A DNA stretch of 64,000 bases from Actinomycetota bacterium. Its GTDB lineage: Bacteria; Actinomycetota; Acidimicrobiia; Acidimicrobiales; JAMCPD01. Shown piece after piece: positions 44,032-53,832 of this stretch (its first letter is position 1; every line of letters begins with the position of its first letter). The notes beneath the pieces were generated by a model. The model saw only the letters and a program-made list of their open reading frames with translations. It had not been told where the DNA came from and made no database searches. Position numbers and translations under genes: made by a program. The stretch lies in the NCBI GenBank assembly GCA_023379935.1, contig JAMCPD010000025.1, positions 13,427-77,426 of the forward strand. The letters are read 5' to 3'.

Positions 44032-45930
44032 ATGATACACACTGCTTTTCTTATTCCGCTGCTGCCGTTGTGCGGGTTTGTGATTTTGCTGCTGTTTGGA
44101 CGTCGGCTGGGTGATCCTGTTGCCGGGTGGGTGGCTACAGCTTTGGTGGCGGCTTCTTTTGTGGTCACTTTGATTACTTTTGCTGGCTTGGTTGGCTTAC
44201 CCTCGTCGGAGCGCCATTTTATCCAGCCCTGGTTTACGTGGATATCCACCCCTACCTTTCATAGCAAAATTGCTTTGTTGATTGACCCGCTATCAATTTT
44301 TATGGCTCTTTTTGTCACAGGGGTTAGCGCGTTGATTCATCTTTATTCGATTGGCTATATGAAAAAGGACCCCGAGTATCACAAGTTTTTTGTTTACATG
44401 AACTTATTCGTGTTTTCAATGCTCATGCTGGTTCTGGCTGATAATCTGTTGTTGTGTTTCTTGGGCTGGGAAGGGGTTGGACTTTGTTCATATCTGCTTA
44501 TAGCCTTTTGGTACGGCAGAGATTCAGCGGCAAGTGCTGGCAAGAAGGCTTTCATCTACAACCGTATTGGTGATACAGGGTTTTTAATAGCAATGTTTTT
44601 AATTTTTGAAAAACTCAAAACACTGAACTACCTAAGCATCTTTTCACATGTAAATCAACTATCACCCGGTATCGTCACCGCTATAGTGTTGCTGCTATTT
44701 TTGGCGGCAACCGGTAAATCCGCTCAGATACCGTTGTTCCCCTGGTTGCCCGATGCCATGGAAGGCCCAACGCCTGTTTCCGCCCTTATACATGCTGCCA
44801 CTATGGTTACAGCGGGGGTTTACCTGATGGTGCGCTTTAGCCCGTTGCTTCATTTAACACCCGATGCTCGCTGGGTTATTGCGGTTATTGGGGTTGTGAC
44901 CGCCTTTGTTGCCGCTACAATCGCCTGTGCTCAAAATGACATAAAAAAGATATTAGCCTATTCGACCGTCTCCCAACTGGGTTATATGTTTTTGGCAGTG
45001 GGATCCGGTGCTTACGTTGCCGCGATGTTTTTGATGATCGCTCATGCATTTTACAAGGCTCTCCTATTTCTGGGAGCCGGATCGGTTATCCATGGAATGG
45101 GAGATGCGCAGGATGTCAAGCGTATGGGTGGTTTAAGACGTTTCATGCCAATTACGTATGCTACTTTTTTGGTTGCCTGGTTTGGTATTGCGGGGATTCC
45201 ACCTTTTGTGGGATTCTGGGCAAAGGGTAGTGTGTTGGTTGCAGCTTTTGAGTTCAGCCCGATTTTGTGGGTGCTTGGGGCCATAACCGCCATACTCACC
45301 GCTTATTACATAGGGCGAGGTATTACCCTTACATTTTTGGGTAAAAGCCGCTGGGAGGGAGCTAACGGTAGTGATTTGGGCAGTAATGGTTTCACGCCTC
45401 ACGAATCGCCTCGAATTATGTTGATCCCCCTGTATGTTTTGTCTGTTTGCGTTATCTTAGGCGGCTTTATTAATTTGCCGTTTCATCCGAGCTTTGTATT
45501 TTTATCCCATTGGTTTATTCCAGTACTCTACCCCATCCATCTTGGGGCGGTAGGGGTTGGAGGCGAGTGGGCGCTTTCACTGGGCGATGTAGTACTGGCG
45601 TTGACAGGCGTGTGGCTGGCATTACATTTCTGGCGTGTCCTCTCCGATAGACCGGCGCTTGAACCAAGATTTCTCCAACTTGGGTGGTATGTGGATAAGT
45701 TTTATGATCGGGCTGTTGCCAATACGGGAACCGAGCTCGCAAGTCAGATGAGCAGTAAAATTGAAGTTGCGACAATAGATGGTGCGGTAAATGGCGTACC
45801 TGAACTGCTGGGTCTGCTGGGCGGTTGGTTACGTAAGGCACAAACAGGGTTTGTACGTAGCTATGCCTTGGCCATTGCTCTCGGGCTTTTTGGGTTGCTC
45901 ATATACATAGCCACAAGGGCGACATTGTGA
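44032..45930 (+). CDS. nuoL: NADH-quinone oxidoreductase subunit L
   Basis: GWEGVGLCSYLLI and GKSAQIPLFPWLPDAMEGPTPVSALIHAATMVTAGVY. Confidence 0.94.
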   Translation: MIHTAFLIPLLPLCGFVILLLFGRRLGDPVAGWVATALVAASFVVTLITFAGLVGLPSSERHFIQPWFTWISTPTFHSKIALLIDPLSIFMALFVTGVSALIHLYSIGYMKKDPEYHKFFVYMNLFVFSMLMLVLADNLLLCFLGWEGVGLCSYLLIAFWYGRDSAASAGKKAFIYNRIGDTGFLIAMFLIFEKLKTLNYLSIFSHVNQLSPGIVTAIVLLLFLAATGKSAQIPLFPWLPDAMEGPTPVSALIHAATMVTAGVYLMVRFSPLLHLTPDARWVIAVIGVVTAFVAATIACAQNDIKKILAYSTVSQLGYMFLAVGSGAYVAAMFLMIAHAFYKALLFLGAGSVIHGMGDAQDVKRMGGLRRFMPITYATFLVAWFGIAGIPPFVGFWAKGSVLVAAFEFSPILWVLGAITAILTAYYIGRGITLTFLGKSRWEGANGSDLGSNGFTPHESPRIMLIPLYVLSVCVILGGFINLPFHPSFVFLSHWFIPVLYPIHLGAVGVGGEWALSLGDVVLALTGVWLALHFWRVLSDRPALEPRFLQLGWYVDKFYDRAVANTGTELASQMSSKIEVATIDGAVNGVPELLGLLGGWLRKAQTGFVRSYALAIALGLFGLLIYIATRATL

Positions 45931-47651
45931 TGGGCAACTCTGTCTATTTGGAGGTTTTAATAATACTGCCGGCGTTCGGTGCGCTAGTGGTGGCTTTGTG
46001 CGGTAACGTGCGTGAATATGTGGTTCGCCAAATCGGGTTTGTCATCTCCATGTTGGTGCTTGCGCTGGCTGTTGTGATAACGGTGCGTTTTCATGCGACC
46101 AAAGCCGGCTATCAGATGGTTGTAAATCATCCTTGGGTGAGAGCCTTGGGCATTTCATGGCATTTAGGGATAGACGGGATATCGCTGTTCTTAGTTTTAC
46201 TGACTGCCTTATTGTTCCCGATCTGCCTTTCAGGGAAAGTTGGTCTTGACAACCGGAGCAGTGAAACTTTAGTGGAGGGCGAAAGTGTAGGCAACGGTCG
46301 GGTTAAAAGTTATGTTGCTTGGATGTTGCTGTTGGAGGCGGCTTGTTTGGGCAGTTTCCTCTCCCTTGATCTTATATTCTTCTTCTTATTCTTTGAGCTG
46401 ACTTTAATACCGGGCTACTTTGTGATTGCGCGTTTTGGGCATGAGCGAAAAGTGTATGCGGCTGTTAAGTTCTTTGTGTATACCTTTTTCGGTTCAACAT
46501 TTTTATTTGTAGGAATCTTGGCTGTTGCTTTTATTCATCAGTCTCAAACAGGTGTGCTTACTTTTAGCTTGAGTCGGCTTGCTTCCACTCACTTCAGCCC
46601 TATGACAGCAGACCTCTTATTTCTTGCATTCAGCGCCGCATTTGCTGTGAAGGCTCCAATTTTCCCCTTCCACACCTGGTCGCCTGATGCTTATTCGCAG
46701 GCACCAACAGGTGGTTCAATAGTGTTGGCTGGGGTTATGGCCAAACTTGGTGTTTACGGAATAATCCGTTTTGATCTGGGGCTGTTTCCCAAAGCAACAG
46801 TTGACCTAGCGCCGCTGTTGCTTACCTTGGCTGTCATAGGGATATTGTATGGTGCCATTGTGGCCGCTTCGCAAAGAGACTTCAAAAACTTGGTGGCATA
46901 CTCTTCACTTTCACATATGGGTTTTATAGTTTTGGGGATATTCGCCCTCAGCTCTGAGGCCTTGACGGGCGGTGTGCTTGAGATGTTCAACCATGGTATT
47001 TATACGGCAGGGCTATTTTTATTGCTTGGTATCATGTATCGTCGCTCTAAAACATCTGACATCACCAAATTCGGGGGTCTCCAACAGTACGCCCCTGTTT
47101 TAGCCGGGGTATTTACCTTAGTTATGCTTGCAACTGTCGGATTGCCCGGTTTGAACGGCTTTGTCGGAGAGTTCTTGATACTACTTGGGACGTTTCAAAC
47201 ACATCGGTGGTGGGCTGTTGTAGCGGCTACAGGAGTTATATTCAGCGTGATTTATCTGCTTTTCGCATATCAGCGGGTGTTTCACGGTCAAGTATCAAAG
47301 GCAGCTGCCTTCGCCGGATATATTGCCAACGACGATGCTGTCACAGCAGCTGGTGGCTCTGGAGATTCCCCAGCTGGAGATTCCCCAGCTGGAGTAGCTA
47401 CCAAACGTATCGTTTTCAGAGATTTAACTTGGACTGAAGGTCTGGCATTGGCGCCCTTGGTAGTTTTGATTGTCTTTTTGGGAATATACCCGCGTCCGGT
47501 TCTTGAGCGAATTACCCCATCGGTAGATCGGCTGGTAACCCATGTGGTACAGGCTAATCGCCACGCCAATCTGGGTGTATCTGTTAATCATTCAACCGCT
47601 CATTTGTCTTCAATTCCCCGCCACCCAGGCGGAGCAGGAAAGGGACAATGA
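45927..47651 (+). CDS. nuoM: NADH-quinone oxidoreductase subunit M
   Basis: AVKAPIFPFHTWSPDAYSQAPT and SSLSHMGFIVLG. Confidence 0.93.
   Translation: MMGNSVYLEVLIILPAFGALVVALCGNVREYVVRQIGFVISMLVLALAVVITVRFHATKAGYQMVVNHPWVRALGISWHLGIDGISLFLVLLTALLFPICLSGKVGLDNRSSETLVEGESVGNGRVKSYVAWMLLLEAACLGSFLSLDLIFFFLFFELTLIPGYFVIARFGHERKVYAAVKFFVYTFFGSTFLFVGILAVAFIHQSQTGVLTFSLSRLASTHFSPMTADLLFLAFSAAFAVKAPIFPFHTWSPDAYSQAPTGGSIVLAGVMAKLGVYGIIRFDLGLFPKATVDLAPLLLTLAVIGILYGAIVAASQRDFKNLVAYSSLSHMGFIVLGIFALSSEALTGGVLEMFNHGIYTAGLFLLLGIMYRRSKTSDITKFGGLQQYAPVLAGVFTLVMLATVGLPGLNGFVGEFLILLGTFQTHRWWAVVAATGVIFSVIYLLFAYQRVFHGQVSKAAAFAGYIANDDAVTAAGGSGDSPAGDSPAGVATKRIVFRDLTWTEGLALAPLVVLIVFLGIYPRPVLERITPSVDRLVTHVVQANRHANLGVSVNHSTAHLSSIPRHPGGAGKGQ
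47359..47394 (+). repeat. Exact in-frame 15-bp tandem repeat x2.4 inside nuoM
   Basis: ctggagattccccag x2 plus ctggag, encoding GDSPAGDSPAG. Confidence 0.92.
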
Positions 47652-49216
47652 TGTTGGCAGTTCTCGCCAAACTCCCCATTATAAGTTGGCCGGCTATTTT
47701 ACCTGAGACTATCTTCATTGGTGGAGCGTTGCTTTTACTAGCGGTTTCCGCCTTGTCGAACAAAAAGCTGTCATCCGGTTTTTGTGCCGTCTACACTATT
47801 CTTATATCAGTAGCTGCGCTTGGGTCATCGATGTACTTATGGGATAAGCTCTCGTCTCATTCCTCTTATGTGGCAATGTCAAGTTCTATTGCGGTTGACG
47901 GCTTCGGTGTTTTTGTTGCCATACTTGTTTGCTCTATAACTGTACTGATTGCGCTGGCTGGTGAGGGGTTTTTCCGTGACAGCTGGGGTAGTCTTGAATT
48001 TTTTGTGTTAATCATGTTGTCTTCTTCTGGGGCGATACTGATGGCGATGGCCAATGATTTAATAGTTGTATTCTTAGGCTTGGAGATAATGTCAATATCC
48101 CTTTATGTCATGACAGCCATGGACCCCTCACGAACCTCAAGCGGTGAGGCAGCTATAAAATACTTCCTCCTCGGTGGTTTTTCATCGGCGATATTTATTT
48201 ATGGGATAGCGCTTATTTATGGGTCCACCGGTTCCACCAATCTTGCCAACATAGCTACATTTTTGGCTGATAACGTACTTGTACAAAATGGAGTGCTGCT
48301 TTGCGGCATCGCTTTTCTAATTGTTGGGTTTGCGTTCAAGGTAGCTCTGGTGCCTTTTCATATGTGGACTCCCGATGTGTATCAAGGTGCACCCACCCCG
48401 GCAACCTCATTTATGGCAGCTTTAGCTAAAGCCGGCGGTTTTGCCGCTTTTCTAAGGGTGTTTTTTTCCACCTTTGGTACTCTTCGCAGTGACTGGCGTC
48501 CCATCATATGGGTATTGGCTGTGTTGACACTGCTGATTGGAGTACTGCTTGCGTTGGTTCAGCAAAATATAAAGCGTATGCTGGCGTACTCTTCTATAAG
48601 CCATGCGGGATTTGTGCTGCTTGGGCTCCAAGCCGCCAGTGCGATTGGAGTTGCCGGATCACTTTACTATCTCTTTACTTACTCCTTCTTGGTTATTGGT
48701 AGTTTTACTGTGGTAATGTTAGTGGCAGGGGAAAAAGACACCAACCATTCGCTTGATTCTTATAAAGGACTGGCCAGGCGCCGGCCATGGCTGGCTGGCG
48801 TATTCACCTTGTTATTGCTTGCACAAGCCGGGGTTCCTTTTACGACAGGGTTTATGGCCAAATTGTATGTATTGTCCGCTTTAATATCTGCACATGGTTA
48901 CGCACTGGCTGTAATTGCCATGATTGGTGCCGCTATAGCCGTATTCTTCTATTTGAGAGTGGTTGTCCTTATGTACTCTCCAGCCCCGGGGTTTGCCGCA
49001 AACGACGAGACAGGTGCCGCATTGGACACCGACACGGGTATCGGAGAGAGTATTGAAGTTGGTGACGAAGCGGCTACAATCCAATCTTCCGGCATGTCTC
49101 TTACCCGCTCAACTGCTTTGGTGCTTGCGATAACCGTTGGCATTACGGTGGCATTTGGGATTAATCCGGCTCCTTTAATAGAGTTTGCCAGACATGCAAC
49201 GCTGTTGTTCCACTAG
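47648..49216 (+). CDS. nuoN: NADH-quinone oxidoreductase subunit N
   Basis: FKVALVPFHMWTPDVYQGAPTPATSFMA and YSSISHAGFVLLG. Confidence 0.93.
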   Translation: MMLAVLAKLPIISWPAILPETIFIGGALLLLAVSALSNKKLSSGFCAVYTILISVAALGSSMYLWDKLSSHSSYVAMSSSIAVDGFGVFVAILVCSITVLIALAGEGFFRDSWGSLEFFVLIMLSSSGAILMAMANDLIVVFLGLEIMSISLYVMTAMDPSRTSSGEAAIKYFLLGGFSSAIFIYGIALIYGSTGSTNLANIATFLADNVLVQNGVLLCGIAFLIVGFAFKVALVPFHMWTPDVYQGAPTPATSFMAALAKAGGFAAFLRVFFSTFGTLRSDWRPIIWVLAVLTLLIGVLLALVQQNIKRMLAYSSISHAGFVLLGLQAASAIGVAGSLYYLFTYSFLVIGSFTVVMLVAGEKDTNHSLDSYKGLARRRPWLAGVFTLLLLAQAGVPFTTGFMAKLYVLSALISAHGYALAVIAMIGAAIAVFFYLRVVVLMYSPAPGFAANDETGAALDTDTGIGESIEVGDEAATIQSSGMSLTRSTALVLAITVGITVAFGINPAPLIEFARHATLLFH

Positions 49217-50705
49217 CCGTCTGTCATTATCTCTCCTTTTTCTCTTATCTCTTATACTTTTAGGCTGTTCAAACGGTCGCCCAATCGCTAATCTTGGCGG
49301 AGGGGGTGGGACATCTCCGTTACCTTCCCATCCCGTAGTTTGGCGTTCCTGCGGGCAAGGTTTTCAGTGTGGCTCAGTCAAGGTTCCCCTCAGTTATGCA
49401 CATTTCAACGGCTCTACATTGCGCATAGCGGTTATAAAACATCCGGCAACCGATTCTTCAAAACCGATAGGAACACTGATCTTCAACCCGGGAGGACCCG
49501 GCCTTTCCGGCATCCAGGCTCTTCGAGTGCTGCTTGACTTTTTCCCTGCCAAAGTACGTGAACGCTTCAACCTGGTTAGCTTTGATCCGCGGGGATCGGG
49601 TTCGAGCGAACGGATCAACTGCGGTACTTCACTTATCGCGGCGGCCAGTGCGCCCTTAGTTGCGATGCAACCGGATGGATCGCTCCCATCCGCCCTTGGT
49701 GTATACAAAAACATGGCAACCTCATGTCGGAGCCGCTATCCAAAGATACTGTCTCATATCAACACCGTGGATACCGCCAGAGACATGGACCGTATTCGGG
49801 CTGCCATTGGTGCAAGCAGGATAAGCTACCTTGGCATATCCTATGGTACGCTACTCGGTGCTGTATATGCCCAGTTATTTCCCAATCGAGTACGGGCAAT
49901 GCTTCTTGATGGAGGTATTGATCCGACTATGTCGCTCCTTTCGATGGCAAACAGTCAAGCTCCGGCGTGGCAGGAAGATATTGTTCATTTCCTCGGTACC
50001 TGTTTTGGCCAAAATCCCTGCCCCCTAGGCTCTTCTCCCACAGCTTTCTATCGGCAACTGGTTGCCAATCTGACAACCCATCCTCTTGTAGATGTCGCCA
50101 ATGGCGATAACTATCCGGTTACAACAGGTGATTTGGAAACTGCGGCTCTTGAGTACGCTACGCTCCCTTCGTTTACCGGGCCCCAGTTTGTTTCCGCTCT
50201 TGTTTTTGCATCACATGGCAATGGGGAGCCATTGAGGAACTTCGCTCTGGGCGAGTTTACCGACTTAAACGGAACTTCAGAACTTGATTCCTACTGGACT
50301 GTTACTTGCGAAGACACCACTAATCGCCCAACCGCCCTACAGATAGGACAAGCGGCTGTCTCTCTTGCCGACGAGTATCCTCTTCTCGACGGGTACTCAG
50401 TTTCCACCAATGCCGCGGGATGTACTTATTGGCCGCCCGCACATCGCCCCATACCTCCCCTTCATCCGTTGCCGTCAATACCTATAGTGGTCGTAGGTAG
50501 CACTTATGACCCGATTACGCCTTATTCCTGGTCCAAAGATCTTGCCGGAGAGCTGCAGGCGACATTGGTAACCAGAGTTGGTTACGGACATACATGGTTT
50601 TTAAACGGGCAAGCGGATACCTGTATGGACAACCTGGTTGCCGACTTTTTTGTTACCGGTCGGCGTCCACAGCCAGATATACGTTGTATTGATCCGCTTA
50701 GTTAG
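49194..50705 (+). CDS. Secreted lipoprotein, alpha/beta-hydrolase (tripeptidyl-aminopeptidase/TAP-like serine hydrolase)
   Basis: Signal peptide with lipobox LILLGCS. Nucleophile elbow YLGISYGTLLG. C-terminal GYGHTWF. The track start is TTG 49185. Overlaps the nuoN 3' end. Confidence 0.75.
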   Translation: MQRCCSTSRLSLSLLFLLSLILLGCSNGRPIANLGGGGGTSPLPSHPVVWRSCGQGFQCGSVKVPLSYAHFNGSTLRIAVIKHPATDSSKPIGTLIFNPGGPGLSGIQALRVLLDFFPAKVRERFNLVSFDPRGSGSSERINCGTSLIAAASAPLVAMQPDGSLPSALGVYKNMATSCRSRYPKILSHINTVDTARDMDRIRAAIGASRISYLGISYGTLLGAVYAQLFPNRVRAMLLDGGIDPTMSLLSMANSQAPAWQEDIVHFLGTCFGQNPCPLGSSPTAFYRQLVANLTTHPLVDVANGDNYPVTTGDLETAALEYATLPSFTGPQFVSALVFASHGNGEPLRNFALGEFTDLNGTSELDSYWTVTCEDTTNRPTALQIGQAAVSLADEYPLLDGYSVSTNAAGCTYWPPAHRPIPPLHPLPSIPIVVVGSTYDPITPYSWSKDLAGELQATLVTRVGYGHTWFLNGQADTCMDNLVADFFVTGRRPQPDIRCIDPLS

Positions 50706-50807
50706 GGCTATTCTCAATTGTTGTTAGCTACATGGTGCATGTTCCAGTTATACTATATTTAATTAATATCAAAAATTGTAGTTTTATCCATAAAGGAAGG
50801 GACTTGA

Positions 50808-52832
50808 ATGAACGATGAGCTAAGTGAACAGTTAAAGATAGAGACACATTGGCAAGAAGAGGAGTATTACCAACCACCGGCAAGTTTTGTTGCTCAAGCT
50901 AATCTCTTGGATGGGAGTATTTATGAACGCTTCTGTTTGGAGAACTTTCCTGAGTATTATAAAGAGTTTGGTCAGATGTTGGATTGGGAGAAGCCCTGGG
51001 ATGTTCTTTTTGATTCAAGCAATCCTCCTTTTTGGCGCTGGTTTGTAGGTGGGCGGCTCAATGCCGCTTACAACTGCATAGACCGCCATCTGGCAGAGAA
51101 TAAAAACAAGACTGCTTTATATTTTGTTCCCGAGCCTGAAGATGAACGGATTGAGGCGGTAACCTATCAAGACTTGTTTGTGAGGGTAAACGAGGTTGCG
51201 GCATTGTTGCGTGACCACTTTGGTCTTAAAAAAGGAGATAGGGTGACCATTCATATGCCTATGGTAATAGATCTCCCGGTTACCATGCTGGCCTGTGCCC
51301 GTCTTGGCGTGATCCATTCAATGGTCTATGGCGGTTTTTCTGCTCAAGCTTGCGCTGATCGCATGGTTGACGCAGACAGTTCTGTTCTTGTGACTATGGA
51401 CGGCTACTGGCGTGACGGCAAATGGTTGGATCAAAAAGAAAAAGCTGATCAAGCTGTAGAGGCTGCGGATAAGGAAGGTCATCGGGTAAACAAGGTATTA
51501 GTTTGGCAGCGCTATCCCGCCCAGTATAAAAGCGCATCTCAGATTGTTGAAGGCCGCGATGTCATTGTGAACGATTTACTCCGGCAATACAGAGGCAGCC
51601 AAGTTGCACCGGAGTCGATGTTGGGAGAAGATACCCTCTTTTTAATGTACACCAGCGGATCTACGGGAAAACCAAAAGCTGCCCAGCATTCTATAGGCGG
51701 TTATCTCTCCTATGTCACCGCCATGTCCAAATACATACTGGACATACAACCGAAAGATGTTTATTGGTGTATGGCAGACATCGGTTGGATTACAGGACAC
51801 TCATTTATTGTTTATGGGCCTTTATCACTTGGGGCTTCCTCTGTTGTTTATGAAGGTTCACCAACCTGTCCGGATGCCGGACGACCCTGGCGAATATCAG
51901 AAAGGTTGGGAGTCAACATCTTGCATACATCTCCGACGGCTATTCGCAGTTTGCGTAAGTTGGGGCCTGATGAACCGGCAAAGTATAACTATAACTATAA
52001 ACTTATGGTGACGGTAGGTGAACCGATTGAACCCGAGGTATGGCGTTGGTACTACAACACCGTGGGGAATGGCCAAGCAGCTGTTGTGGATACTTATTGG
52101 CAAACTGAAAATGGGGGTTTTCTCTGCAGCACCGTACCGGCGTTGAAACCAATGAAGCCGGGAAGTACAGGTCCCGGTGTCCCCGGTATTCATCCAGTAA
52201 TTTACGACGATGAAGGCAAAGAGGTACCGGCTGGTTCCGGCAGGGGAGGTAATCTCTGCATCAAAAATCCCTGGCCGGGCATAATGTTGGGTATTTGGGG
52301 TGATCCGGATCGTTACGTAAATACTTATTATGCGCGCGTTTGCAAAAATCCCAACAGCAAGGATTGGAGAGATTGGCCTTATTTCACAGGTGATGGAGCG
52401 ATGTTGGCCAAAGATGGCTACTTTCGCGTTCTTGGGCGAATTGATGACGTGATAAATGTAGCCGGACACCGGCTCGGCACCAAAGAGATTGAGTCTGCGG
52501 CGCTGAAGGTGATGCAAGTGGCTGAGGCGGCTGTTATTGCAGCCCATGATGATATCAAGGGCGTTATACCTGAGGTGTATGTGGTTTTACAACCGGGTGT
52601 CACACCTTCAAAAGAGGTCAAAACAGTAGTTGTGGACGCGATTGTCAAAGAAATCGGGCCGATAGCTCGACCGCGTGAAGTATGGATAGTACCTGATTTA
52701 CCAAAAACCCGTTCAGGTAAGATCATGAGGCGGGTTCTTGCCTCTATAAGCAACAGATCTGATTTGGGAGACCTCACAAGTTTGGCAAATTCAGAGGTGG
52801 TTGAGAACATCCGAAAAATGGTCCAGGACTAA
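50808..52832 (+). CDS. acs: Acetyl-CoA synthetase-like AMP-forming acyl-CoA ligase
   Basis: LNAAYNCIDRH, AMP-binding YTSGSTGKPK, YWQTENGG and PKTRSGKIMRR. Exact substrate (acetate or another short acid) cannot be read from sequence. Confidence 0.85.
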   Translation: MNDELSEQLKIETHWQEEEYYQPPASFVAQANLLDGSIYERFCLENFPEYYKEFGQMLDWEKPWDVLFDSSNPPFWRWFVGGRLNAAYNCIDRHLAENKNKTALYFVPEPEDERIEAVTYQDLFVRVNEVAALLRDHFGLKKGDRVTIHMPMVIDLPVTMLACARLGVIHSMVYGGFSAQACADRMVDADSSVLVTMDGYWRDGKWLDQKEKADQAVEAADKEGHRVNKVLVWQRYPAQYKSASQIVEGRDVIVNDLLRQYRGSQVAPESMLGEDTLFLMYTSGSTGKPKAAQHSIGGYLSYVTAMSKYILDIQPKDVYWCMADIGWITGHSFIVYGPLSLGASSVVYEGSPTCPDAGRPWRISERLGVNILHTSPTAIRSLRKLGPDEPAKYNYNYKLMVTVGEPIEPEVWRWYYNTVGNGQAAVVDTYWQTENGGFLCSTVPALKPMKPGSTGPGVPGIHPVIYDDEGKEVPAGSGRGGNLCIKNPWPGIMLGIWGDPDRYVNTYYARVCKNPNSKDWRDWPYFTGDGAMLAKDGYFRVLGRIDDVINVAGHRLGTKEIESAALKVMQVAEAAVIAAHDDIKGVIPEVYVVLQPGVTPSKEVKTVVVDAIVKEIGPIARPREVWIVPDLPKTRSGKIMRRVLASISNRSDLGDLTSLANSEVVENIRKMVQD

Positions 52833-53801
52833 GTGAAGAGCTATCCGCTGGCATGCCTGCCCGAACGTGTAGAGATATACGAGGTAGGGCCTCGTGACGG
52901 ACTGCAGAACGAACCAACCCGAATAGATGTAGATACAAAAGTAGAGTTCATTTCCCGTTTAGGTGATGCCGGGTTGCGCACGATAGAAGTAACCAGCTTT
53001 GTCAGTCCGCGCCTGATACCTCAACTTGGCGATGCTGATGAACTGCTTAGTCGGTTGCCACATATCGATGGCATGCGTTATGCGGTGCTTGTACCAAATG
53101 AAACCGGGCTTGACAGACTACTCTCGACTGGAGCACTCTCGACTGGAGCACTCTCGACTGGAGTACTCTCGACTGGAGCTACAGACATTGCTATATTTGC
53201 CAGTGCAAGCGAGACGTTTTCACAGCGTAATTTAAACAAGACAATCTCTGAGTCATTAGCAATGTTTCAACCGGTAGTGGACAGAGCTCTGGCTGGAGGG
53301 ATTTCAGTGCGCGGATATATTTCTATGTGCTTTGGTGATCCCTGGGAAGGCACTGTTCAGATAGAACAAGCGGTGGATGTGGCGCTTCAATTGCTTGAGA
53401 TGGGATGCAACAAGATCAGTCTTGGTGATACCATTGGGGTGGCAACACCCGGACACGTAAGCCGGCTCATTGCCAGCCTGAGAGATAAAGGAGTTCAAAC
53501 TGCACAGATGGCGGTTCATTTCCACGATACTTATGGGCAAGCACTTTCTAATACCCTTGTCGCGCTTAGCACCGGTGTAGTTACAGTTGACTCCTCAGCG
53601 GGTGGGTTGGGTGGGTGCCCCTATGCCAAGAGTGCCACCGGAAATCTTGCCACCGAAGATCTTATATGGATGCTTAACGGCTTGGGGGTGGAGACCGGTG
53701 TTGACATCTCCTCGTTGGTAGCTACCAGTTGCTGGATGGCGAAGAAACTTGGACGGACAAGCCCATCGCGAGTAGTACAAGCACTTAGTGCAGATTGCTA
53801 A
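52833..53801 (+). CDS. Hydroxymethylglutaryl-CoA lyase
   Basis: EVGPRDGLQNE, HFHDTYGQALSN and GGLGGCPYAKSATGN. Confidence 0.88.
   Translation: MKSYPLACLPERVEIYEVGPRDGLQNEPTRIDVDTKVEFISRLGDAGLRTIEVTSFVSPRLIPQLGDADELLSRLPHIDGMRYAVLVPNETGLDRLLSTGALSTGALSTGVLSTGATDIAIFASASETFSQRNLNKTISESLAMFQPVVDRALAGGISVRGYISMCFGDPWEGTVQIEQAVDVALQLLEMGCNKISLGDTIGVATPGHVSRLIASLRDKGVQTAQMAVHFHDTYGQALSNTLVALSTGVVTVDSSAGGLGGCPYAKSATGNLATEDLIWMLNGLGVETGVDISSLVATSCWMAKKLGRTSPSRVVQALSADC
53121..53180 (+). repeat. In-frame 15-bp tandem repeat x4 inside the HMG-CoA lyase catalytic domain
   Basis: ctctcgactggagca, ctctcgactggagca, ctctcgactggagta, ctctcgactggagct, encoding STGAL-STGAL-STGVL-STGA. Confidence 0.93.
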
Positions 53802-53832
53802 AAGCGGATGTTTATCGAAGATGGATGGATAA

